Shown: piece by piece, positions 52,001-62,420 of the stretch | Layout of the letters: every line of letters begins with the position of its first letter | Position numbering within the stretch: position 1 is the stretch's first letter | NCBI GenBank assembly: GCA_030248215.1 | Contig: JASANG010003810.1 | Location: forward strand, 372,001-436,000 | From: Enoplolaimus lenunculus | Lineage: Eukaryota | DNA: 64,000 nucleotides | Reading direction: 5' to 3' | Translations under genes and position numbers: made by a program | Notes under the pieces: model-generated | What the model was told of the DNA's origin: nothing | The model's database searches: none | The model's input: the letters and a program-made list of their open reading frames with translations, nothing else

Positions 52001-52781
52001 ACAGCGCATCTATGATGAGCTGGAGTAGTTGCCGTGAGTCCATCGACGAGATGACAAGCTAGTCGATGCATTAGTCGCAAATTAAGCTCAACGTGAAAAC
52101 ACGTAAATATTCGCCAAACATATTCAGAGAGATTCTGCTACTGAATATAATTCAGTTGTCATTACCAACAAATGCACACCTTACCTGTATCAAATTGATA
52201 CAGCTTGTTACATGCGCCATCACTATCATTTCGACCTCCCCAAATGTAAACCAAAGAACCATATGCACATGCTGTATGACCATAACGTTGGTATGGTGTG
52301 CAGAAATATTGCTCATGAGTCATGTTCGGCACTGACAGAGCACGCCATCGCAACGATTCTATAAGATCAATTGCAAGACAACTTTTAACTAGAAGAGCCA
52401 TTCAACGGTCATAGGAAATAATTACCAGGTTGATAAAAAATTCAGAAACGCACCAGTGCCCCTTAAAATACGTTTTGCAATTCAATGCAGGTAAAAGTTG
52501 TACTTTTTTACGTAAATATGAAAGAACGAATATCTAATAATACAGCATTTTATGCTCGAAATGTTCTACAATATTTTCACACTTACATACTGTTCTACTA
52601 CATTCCGAGCGTAAGAAGACACAAAATTACCCAAATACAAAATATGAACGTCCATTGGCCTTGTCATCTCGTAGTCTTCGCTCGAACTGTAACCACCGAA
52701 ACTATATATTTTATTGCCAACCGCTACCGCAGCATGATTAACACGTTTTGGACCGCCCTCCAAGTGGGAAGACCAAAGCAT
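47604..52781 (-). CDS. KLHDC3: Kelch domain-containing protein 3 (CRL2 substrate receptor); exons 52781-52631, 52358-52185, 51944-51829, 51498-51427, 51047-50825, 50481-50395, 50083-49975, 49718-49639, 48723-48639, 47679-47604
   Basis: Starts MLWSSHLEGGPKRVNHAAVAVG.KIYSFGGY. Kelch repeats PYQRYGHT, PPSRDGHSAC, PQFRDFHT, PCGRRSHSA, PKPRRRHC. C-terminal BC-box DLYVLDFAPSLKVLC...LPWDLRWE. Ten phase-compatible GT-AG exons ending ...ERLEIRG*. Confidence 0.95.
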
Positions 52782-54119
52782 TGTTTACTACTTTGTCAAA
52801 CCGACATTTACCAAGCTGTACAAAACATCACATAACGTCCACACAGGAGTGCAATCGTAAGCGCTACAGAGCTTCGTATAAAAAGTGCAGGTATCAATGA
52901 CGGATCCATTGGGGCCACCCCGGCCGTGCTTCCCCCCAACAGCATCTTGACAAAAAATATATAGTGTCAATTGCTGTTTTACGCTGTTTATTTCTCTGTC
53001 TTATACAAAATAGTATAAGCACGCTTGATCTCACCTTTATTCGGCCCTGGAGTCATTTGTTCCCTACAATTAGGGATACTAGACATTTATGGAGTCTAAC
53101 AAGGGTTTAAGGACTCTACCCGCTTACGGACTCTTATTAGGGATACGGACTCCTATTAATTGGGACTCAAAATTGGGACCCCCTCTTATTTGGGTTACTA
53201 TAGTACGGGTCAAAAATAAGTTTATTACCTGCAAAAAATTTTGCCCCCCCCCCCCATTTTGAGATCCTGGATCCGCTACTGGCAGGTAGAGTTGTAACTT
53301 GGGAGATTTCACGTTTGGTTTACAGTACTTACTGAAGCACTAGCCTAGTAAATACATAACGCGTACAGATACTATTAATAGCACAATCCAACTTTTGTGT
53401 ATGCCACGTATGAAAGCTTTCTTTAACAACTATTTATAGTGGCTTCGATTGGGGTGCAACCTTTCAGACAAGGAGGAAAATGACAAATACAGCTAAGTTA
53501 AACTCATTGTATTTTTCTCGTACAGGTATTTTTTAAAAACGAAACAAAAAACGACCCTTAACCAACAATTTGTTCACAAATGCATTTTACTTCCATATGA
53601 ATGTGTTAACTGCGTTTGTGTAATGGTACTAATAGATTATCGACGCTGTCTAACCTTTGTGTCCAATTATTGTCACCAAATGTGATCCTATTCCCGATCT
53701 CAATTCTGAGGCCAATTGATGTTTTTGACAGTATGAGCGTATTGGACCAAATCAAAATTTTAATTTACGTAATTCTACGGCAATGAGCAGCGTACTCCTG
53801 TAGTAGGTGCATTCAGTGGGTTGCTGACAAACTGTGACAACATTTTGTTATCGCAGTAGTTCACACAAGTTAGATGTTTGTACGAATTTGTTTAGCTAGT
53901 GCGATAACGTAACGTCCGGTTTATGTTTTATATTATATTCGGTACAAAAAATGACATCTATTTCAATCAAGCGGTTTATACCTGGATATCTTGTGGCTGG
54001 TGGATATTGCGCAAGCTTATTGTGTTTCTGTTCATTTCTTGCTATCAATTTTTGTAACCAAAATATTGGTTATAGCAAAACCGAGAAAAAATGTTGTTTC
54101 CCGTTCATTGGTTTAAGAA

Positions 54120-54633
54120 TGTAAGGTCTGGACTGGTCAAAAACGGGGATTTTCGACCGATCCGAAGGCGGGTATGGTCTAGTTTCGGGTTGATCCTGGA
54201 ACAGTTTTAACACGATTTAAACACTCCTACGGCTCGTGCGAGTCTATACAACGCTGTTTCCTGGTTTACTAGTAACACGCAAGTAATTAACACAAAATAT
54301 TGAACACAAGCCCGTTAGTCCCGCTGATGCCAAATTGCCAATTTTCCCTGTTTCTGATGGTTATAGCCTTTGTACGAGGGCCATGCGGCCGAAAAGCATT
54401 ATAGAAACTATGAGTACTGGGAAACTGCAATCTGTAAGCGAAAAATGGACAAAATCTGTCAGACACAGCCTACGGGACCGCTACTTAAATCACGTCCGGG
54501 CACAATAACAACAATAAAACACAAATTATAAGACTTGCAAATATACGTCTACCAGGCCTAAAAATTACCACTTTTACCAAGTAAAATATGCTGACTCCGA
54601 TTATATGCTATTTATCACTCCGTCAAGGCGAGA
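54120..54633 (-). mobile_element. 3' portion of an LTR (same family as 55827-57026)
   Basis: Direct copy of 55827-~56342; ends ...GACCTTACA on the minus strand; not followed by a PBS. Confidence 0.8.
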
Positions 54634-54635
54634 AT

Positions 54636-55455
54636 TGTATGGGGCCCCAGTGTGCACTCTGTGCCACACTGGTGCCCACCCTCGGCGTCCCTTGAGCTCC
54701 TAGCTATGTCGTTTCCGTGGCATGCGAAGTCCAGCCGTCTCAGTCTCGATCCTAGTATCGTGATTTGTACTTAACCGGTATCTTTTTAGCCTTGCCATAC
54801 TGTTGCTCATTTGTAAAACTACTGTGCTTTAACATTTCTGTCAAATTCTTGTCAAACTTAGTCTTATTCCTGCCAATTTCGCTTATGTCAATTACGTGTA
54901 TTTTTACATATATTTCATATTGTCTTTTCAGGTACTAAAACCCCATTTTCTGACCAAATTCTATGCGCTCAGTGCGTTGCGCATTCCCATTTCTACAAAT
55001 TCTTTTCCCCTTGACCCTTTTGTGCCAGTTCCCACATTTCATATTTCTTGTGCTCTTATATACACTTATTTTCATGTTTTCAGGCGCCCCTTTCCCGTTT
55101 CCTACTAATTTCAAGGTGCTCATTCCATTTCGCACCTCCATTTCTGCCAATTCTGCCCCGTTTGAGTCTTATTTGTCATATTTCTTTTTATGTCATTATG
55201 GCGATGATTCTAGAACATTCTAGGAGTTGAAACGATAGCTTAGCTAGTTAAGGTGCTTAAAAAGGATTTTCTAATTGTGCGTAATCGTAGCAGTATTCGC
55301 GGGTCGCGTAAAAACGTATATTTCTTGCCTTGACGGAGACACAAAAAAAGTAGTTAATCGAAACCAGCGTATCTTACTTGATCAGAGTAGTGATTTTTAG
55401 GCCTAGGAAACCTGTACTTGTTGTTTTTGTAATTTGTGGTTTATTGTTATTATTG
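54636..55455 (+). mobile_element. 5' ~820 bp of the same LTR in the opposite orientation
   Basis: Starts TGTATGGGGCCCCAG; reverse complement of ~56211-57026. Confidence 0.85.
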
Positions 55456-57026
55456 CTTATCTGTAGTGTTTTCTAGCGATGCCACTAACGTAGTGTCATT
55501 CATAGTCGTACATGTTGATTCTAGAGCCGGATTATCAAATTTTTGTGTGTATGGCTCATCAAATATGTCCTGAATTGGTTGATGTTCAGTAATTTCATCA
55601 ATTTCAGATTCAGACATTGTACGACCTAGGACAGAATTGCGTGTATTTCGCTTTTTCGGGCTGTGTAACATCATAGTGAGAGGTTAATTAGCAAAAACGG
55701 ATACTTACCGGATGTTGACTTTAGTTTGTGTTAGTAGTGTCAATAGGAACAAAACGAACCAAAATGTGTTCGGGATCGCTGCAATTTGTCCAAAATCAAC
55801 ATAGAAACCAACCGTCGTGGTCACCATGTAAGGTCTGGACTGGTCAAAAACGGGGATTTTCGACCGATCCGAAGGCGGGTATGGTCTAGTTTCGGGTTGA
55901 TCCTGGAACAGTTTTAACACGATTTAAACACTCCTACGGCTCGTGTGAGTCTATACAACGCTATTTTCCGGTTTACTAGTAACACGCAAGTAATTAACAC
56001 AAAATATGGAACAGAAGCCCGTTAGTCCCGCTGATGCTAAAATTGCCAAATTTCCCTATTTCTGACGGTTATAGCTTTTGAACGAGGGCCATGCGGCCGA
56101 AAAGCACTATAGAAATTATAAGTATTGGGAAACTGCAATTTGTAAGCGGAAAATGGACAGAATCTGTCAGACACAGCCTACGGGACTGCTACTCAAATCA
56201 CGTCCGGGCACAATAATAACAATAAACCACAAATTACAAAAATAACAAGTACACGTTTCCTAGGCCTAAAAATTACCACTTCGATCAAGTAAGATACGCT
56301 GATTTCGATTAACTACTTTTTATGTCTCCGTCAAGGCAAGAAATATACGTTTTTACGCGACCCGAGAATACTGCTACGATTTACGTATAACTAGAAAAAT
56401 CCTTTTTAAGCACCTTAACTAGCTAAGCTATCCTTTCCACTCCCCGAATCTTCTAGAATGTTCGCAATAATGACATAAAAAGAAATATGACAAATAAGAC
56501 ACAAATGGGGCAGAATTGGCAGAAATGGAGGTGCGAAATGAAATGAGCACCTTGAAATTAGTAGGAAACGGGAATGGGGCGCCTGAAAACATGAAAATAA
56601 ATGTATATAAGAGCACAAGAAATATGAAATGTGGGCAATGGCACAAAAGGGTCAAGGGGAAAAGAATTTGTAGAAATGAGGATGCGCAACGCACTGAGCG
56701 CATAGAATTTGGTCAGAAAATGGGGTTTTAGTACCTGAAAAGACAATATGAAATATATGTAAAAATACACGTAATTGACATAAGCGAAATTGGCAGGAAT
56801 CAGACTAAGTTTGACAAGAATTTGACAAGAAAGTTAAAGCACACTGGTTTTACAAATGAGCAACAGTATGGCAAGGCTAAAAAGATACCGGTTAAGTACA
56901 AATCACGATACTAGGATCGAGACTGAGACGGCTGGACTTCGCATGCCACGGAAACGACATAGCTAGGAGCTCAAGGGACGCCGAGGGTGGGCACCAGTGT
57001 GGCACAGAGTGCACACTGGGGCCCCA
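55456..57026 (-). mobile_element. Truncated LTR retrotransposon: ~1.2-kb 5' LTR (57026-55827), PBS (55826-55811), short internal remnant with a truncated ORF (55674-55450)
   Basis: LTR consensus TGTA...TACA. On the minus strand CCTTACA is immediately followed by TGGTGACCACGACGGT, resembling the complement of a tRNA-Trp 3' end. The ORF stop falls at the junction with the inverted LTR piece. Confidence 0.8.
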
Positions 57027-57376
57027 CCCGACAGTCGTGTGGCACTGTCCAGTTGCAGAGCGTTATTGGGGTGCCATGCTGCAATGCAAGTGCGTTGCCG
57101 TATAGTGTCGTGCCGAACAACACCAAACGGCACCAGACGGCACTAATATAATAAAAAGGAATAGCGCTACCTTAAGTCTTTGAAAATTTTTCATCTCAAA
57201 TCTAACATGAAATCATAGTGAAAACCTTTCGAATCTGGTTTATTACTTTTACTGAAATTTCAGAGAAATATTGCTACGTATTAGCTTATATCCTGTTGTA
57301 TATAATTGATCTGCCGTAGCGATGTTAGTTTTACTATCATGTCAAAATTTCACCGTAAACAAAATATTTATTTCAG

Positions 57377-57878
57377 ACCTGTAAGACAAAGCAACCGGAC
57401 GAAACCCCAGATCTGCCTAAAAGCATAAACAAACCAGCAGCTGTTCTTAGAAGAAGTGGTAAGTAAAGCCAACGATGCTTAACATTTTCAATTAGTTATG
57501 TATTTTACAGCGGTGTACACATGTTATATATTTGGGGCACCCCGAATTAGTTAATACATTTTTTGTATACTGTTGTAAAATTCTTGAAGATAGTGGTCAA
57601 GAACTCACAGCCAGTGAGTACTACGCAGGATCTATGTGAACTATTGTTGTTAGTTCGTCACTTTCAGGTTTTGGAATGTAATAGCAAATGATTTATTATT
57701 AACTTTTTGAAGAATACTGTTCTTACGATTTTTGTGTAGCCTATGTTGCACATTTATTTTAGTGTATGATTGCGTTTCAGATTATAACCCATTGATGGGC
57801 AATTCAGGAGGCGCCGGGTACAGACCGAACAGAAGCAGATTTGCCGGAAACTTTGGCGGTGGAGGTGGATGAGGATAA
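57377..57878 (+). CDS. SELENOS: Selenoprotein S (VIMP), last two coding exons 57377-57458 and 57781-57878; TGA 57870-57872 read as Sec
   Basis: Spliced translation TCKTKQPDETPDLPKSINKPAAVLRRS-DYNPLMGNSGGAGYRPNRSRFAGNFGGGGG-U-G-TAA matches the SELENOS C-terminal pattern LR..GYNPL.G..GG...RP.RR....GGUG. Strong TTTCAG acceptors and a GTAAGT donor; SECIS downstream. Confidence 0.9.
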
Positions 57879-58262
57879 CTTTTGGTGTAACTGACTTGAT
57901 GGCATAGCACACCGCGCGATAAAAACACTGACCGTTCTTTCAAAATGATTAGTTGGAATTTGATACTTATTAATATTTTAAATATTTCATGGAAGTACGC
58001 TGTGATTTTTAAATTTCGAAATTTCCCCGAAATTAAAACCTCGAGTTTCAAATGACGTGTTTGGAATTGACTTCTGCTGAATTGTTAGTTGGTCTGTACA
58101 TTTTTTGGTAGGCATTTAACTTAAAAAGGTTAAAACACACAATGTCCCTACATACCAGTTCTTGGATAAGTGTATCTCTCATTTCATCTACTCATCTGTA
58201 GGTCTTGTTGGGAAATTAGTGTAACTGATGTGACTGGGGTTTATTGTATACGTTTTTATTGT

Positions 58263-58325
58263 GCGGTATTGTGATGTGATCTCATTAAATGCACGTATGC
58301 AGGGGAGAATCACTGATGATGCTGT
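58263..58325 (+). promoter_or_regulatory. Type II SECIS element in the SELENOS 3' UTR
   Basis: Helix I GCGGTATT/GATGCTGT; core GTGAT (58271-58275) with TGAT (58314-58317); helix II GTGATCTCATT/GGGGAGAATCAC; unpaired AAA (58287-58289); apical mini-stem TGCA-CGTA-TGCA. Confidence 0.88.
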
Positions 58326-58360
58326 GTTCATCAAGTTACTGACTGGTTTTAGTAATTTCT

Positions 58361-58366
58361 AATAAA
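58361..58366 (+). terminator. Candidate polyadenylation signal for SELENOS
   Basis: AATAAA 36 nt downstream of the SECIS. Confidence 0.55.
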
Positions 58367-60301
58367 CAAGCTTGCGGACTATGCTGTCTGGAATTGCTGA
58401 AGTTTTGTATATTATACTGTATAACATCATGCTTACTGCATCTTTGAAAATACTAGCATACACTGTGTCAGAACATCAGGTACATGTTGCATTTCCCTGC
58501 CCAGTACAGGGATGTAATGTAAATTGTAGTGATATGCCGATACCAAAATTTTGCCGATACCGATAGTCATTGTCAAATTTCACCTATGCCAATGGCGATT
58601 TTACGCAAGATGCTTAAAGATTACTACATTACACCATTATAAACGCGAAGACATAAGCCTTATCTACCTAAACGCTTGTGAGCTTATGAGAACGATTTAT
58701 TTAAATGAATGTTTTACAGTAAACGTAAGAGAGCTAGCAGTTTCCATGATCAGATGCACGATTTACGCCAGAAGTAAAATTATGGGATTTTAATTCATTG
58801 CTAATATTGCAGAAAGTATATATCGTCAAAATATCGGCGACATTAAATGTGCCGATATGTATTAGCGATGCCGATTAATTGGCTCATCCGTAATAAATTG
58901 TGACACAGTGTACGCAAGTTATTGTGAAAAATGCATAATTAAAACGTGCCTATTTTTACATGTCATAGTGTCATTGTATACATTTTTCGTGAAACTAATG
59001 TCCGGATCTGGAGCAACTCTAGCATTGGGTCACTAAATTGTAAGTGTCCGTATAATTTATTTCTGATTAAAACTGTCCAGGATTGTCGACTATATTTATT
59101 AAGGTAACTAATTTTTTCAAAACAGTTTGTTGGATCATTGTACCATTGAATCTGTTTTTCTACAACATGAACTGCAAGAGTTTTCTTTGACATTTGTGTC
59201 TCAAGTTTTGAATGTTGCGAATGCATCAAAATTTGTATATGTGTTTTAATATATTTTAGTAAATTTTACAGCAAATATGTTACCGAGCATTTAGGGGTAA
59301 TGTTACATTGTTACATGTATATTATTTTTATAGAACTCCAACCAGTATCTCATTTAAAAACCAAGCGTTTGCTCCGGCATCTCGGTTATGTTGGTTTTGT
59401 TTCATTTAGATTGCTTTTGAGCTGAAGTTACGAAAATATATTACATGCCAAGGTACAACGGGAGGGTTGGCTACGGTTGCGGTAGCTTGCATGATTGTGT
59501 TTTCGGCGTAATTTTGTAGTTTAGGATAACGCTGCCGCATTGCTATATGTACTTATGACAACGGTAGTTCTTTGTAAATTTGATAATCTTATTGGCTGGC
59601 CAATTATTCAGTGCCCAGCGTTTCGAAGTTGAATTGGTTGTCCCAGGTAGCAGGGTTGGCCGGAAAAATGGTTTTTTTCCGAGGGGGTAGAAAAAAATGG
59701 TAAAATATTAAATGATTGTTAAATGTAATTTACAACTAAACATGATATAAAATAACGTTTTAGATGACATGTAACTAATTAACATGTAACACATTAACAG
59801 TGACCATGTGTATATGTCCACCGGGACACATATATATGTTCGAAAAGAGCGAAAATTGCAGCATATGAATAAAAATGGATTCCAGAATTTAAGCTTTGCC
59901 ACGAGATTCAATGTAAAACTACATATGCATCTTGTTCGGTTCGCTCTCCAGGTTTCGTGGACAATTAGGTCAGGTTTAGGGTGCTCAAATTTGAAAGCTT
60001 GTTTTTACTGCGTGATTTAACACAAGAATACGTTTAGTTTCAACCTCGCCTTGCTCTCGAGATTGCAGCTATTGAGAATCTTTGATGTCAGAAAGAAACC
60101 AAAAGTGTCTTGGGATTAAATGTATATTACAAAAACAAGTGTGACTTGTTTAGCTCGCTCCACTCAAGAGTTTCTGATGTTGTGATGCTCACTCGATGTT
60201 TACACCCAAACGGAAATTTTTAAAAAAATTCGAATTTTAAGGTCCAAATTCCTTCATTGGACTCAAATGTTTTTGTCAAGAAATTAGGAACATTACGTAT
60301 A

Positions 60302-60740
60302 CTGTAGTGACCCGAATAAAAGGGGGGCTGAGATTTATTTGGCCAATCCAGAGGGTACCCCATTGTTATTCGGTTACGGACTGTTATTTATTGTTAACCC
60401 GCCCTTCGCCGTCCTTCTTTTACTGATATATATTCGGTATTGTAAATATACGTTGAATTAAACCTTTATTGCCTTGCATCAAAAGCTTGAGCTTAATGCA
60501 AGGTTATACTTTGGAATGTTTTGTCAAAACTTAAATACGCTTTATGTTTCGACCTCAACGTTATTTGGTCCTGGAGTGATTTATGTGCTACAATTAGGGA
60601 AAATTGTCATTTATGGGCTCTAATTAGGGTTTGGAAGACTCTATCCGCTTACGGACTCTTATTAGGGATACGGACTCCTATTGATCGGGACTCAAAATGG
60701 GACCCCTCTTATTACCCCCCTCTAATTCGAGTCAATACAG
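60302..60740. mobile_element. Tc1/mariner-superfamily-like MITE (other copies 62531-62938, ~63387-63680, partial ~53030-53203)
   Basis: TA|CTGTAGTGACCCGAAT...ATTCGAGTCAATACAG|TA: TIRs with TA duplication; shared internal CTTACGGACTCTTATTAGGGATACGGACTCC. Confidence 0.8.
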
Positions 60741-62014
60741 TACACCATTTGACACAGGTTGCGGAGCTAAGACGAATATTGTTAAAATGTTTCTCAATTA
60801 GTCGTGTGGCTAACGAGTTATTGTCAAATAACTAAATTTGGCGTCGAACCATGTTCGTTGGCTGCGTGCCAAATCAGTTATTTGACACAAACTCGCTAAG
60901 CAGACTTCCGATTGCAGAAAGTCGAACACCACTCGACTCAGCTCTGTAAACTGCGTCAAATAATATATAATTTGTCCCACTTTTCGAAAAAAATTTTGGG
61001 TGCCATGGAGCTGTACTTTGTGGCCTTAATATAATTTTTCAAAAATTCAGATTCGGGCATCGAATGATTAGGGGATGTCATCAGAAGCTCGAATATGCAA
61101 AAACTTTTAAAATGCAAGCATTTTAGGTAAACGCCTGCTAAGTGTGGTATAACCGACCACTCAAACAACGAATGAATTTTTTTCCCAGTTTTTCCGGAAA
61201 AAACAACCCTGGCCAAGTATAGATCATAGACTCTCAGTTGGTTAACAATATGATGCAGTGCACCATGAATATAAAATGCGGAAAGTTAGTCATAGTAACT
61301 GTTTCAACATCGTATTTGGATAATTTGACGTCACATTTTGTAAATCTGCCTTGCGGAACCCGTGGTTCAGCTTCACGGAATCCGGGTTCACAACGACTGA
61401 TATTTTGTCAGTCGTATATACTTTGACGTCCCATATTTATTTTAACGCAATTTAGAATAAATAATATAGTAGATTTTTAGCAAACTTTTATATAACGGTA
61501 TCATCTCTGCAAGTGAAACGCATGACTACACTACTGAAGTTTAAGCCTGTCACCTAACGCATCCGCTTGCTGCTGCTCGCTGCAACGAATGGGAATGACG
61601 GATAAAAATATAGTTCGTACTGGTATTTTTGTATTTTATTCAAGTTGGGATCGTTCTTCGTTTCGAATTTTAGTTTGATTATGTTTTTTTAAATTTACCA
61701 TAAATGTAATTGTCAAAGCTGAATGGAATAGTTCATATGATTAACCGAAAGTGAAGAGACTGACAGGTATTTACAGGTTATATGTTTTAAAACGAATTTA
61801 AACACTCTATAGTGTCACCCGTTATCTGAAAATTTGTGAGAAATGTCCCTCTGATAAAGTTTATTTCTTCTCTTTAATATCGATATAAAAAAATCGTGGT
61901 TCCTGATTTTTAAACCCATGCCAAAACAGGGTCGGAGGTCCTAAGAAACTTTCAACCTTGCTTGCAAGCCATCGATGTATGTTGCTCTTGAAAAATCTTT
62001 TAGTCCGCGCTAGC

Positions 62015-62216
62015 GGCTCATGTAAATATCAGGGGCGGAACGTTTTTCTGTGGGACTATAATAGAATAAGCTTAAAGCTTTAGACTCATTGTTTTGCTTG
62101 GCTTAGGCTTAGGCTTAGGAATATGCTCATTCTTACGCTTAGGCTTAGGCTTAGTGTAAGGCTAGGCGTAAAAATATGCTTATAATACTGTTCCACTCAT
62201 GTTCTTTACATTGGCC
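62015..62216. mobile_element. TTAGGC-bearing MITE, subfamily A copy
   Basis: Canonical TIRs; flanks GCGCTAGC/ACGCTAGC (7/8). Confidence 0.82.
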
Positions 62217-62252
62217 ACGCTAGCAAATGTTTTCAGACATCAAAAGTGAAGC

Positions 62253-62420
62253 ATGGATCAGGAAGCTGCCGAACAGATGAAAAAGCAGCAAATTATTAAC
62301 GAAATCCGATTTCGGCGAAACAGTTCTGACAGCGTATGGATTGGAGACGTTGGTTTGGCAAATACAACCGGTATACCGGTCATATATAAATTGAAGTCAA
62401 ATCAAACCAACCTTGTCCGG
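62253..62420 (+). CDS. Probable first coding exon of an MSP (major sperm protein)-domain protein; remainder not identified in the window
   Basis: TTTTCAG acceptor 16 nt before ATG; 56 codons MDQEAAEQMKKQQIINEIRFRRNSSDSVWIGDVGLANTTGIPVIYKLKSNQTNLVR followed by GT. L.N.T..PV.YKLKS......V resembles the MSP-domain 'LxNxxxxxVxFKVKTTxPxxYxV' motif. Confidence 0.45.

Noticed and set aside
54896..56770. Duplicated ~70-90 aa ORFs on opposite strands
   Set aside because: Mirror ORFs within the inverted LTR copies, with no recognisable protein motif.
57781..57878. SELENOK rather than SELENOS, or a simple TGA stop
   Set aside because: The YNPL.G..GG..YRP motif is characteristic of SELENOS, and TGA-GGA-TAA plus a SECIS argues for Sec.
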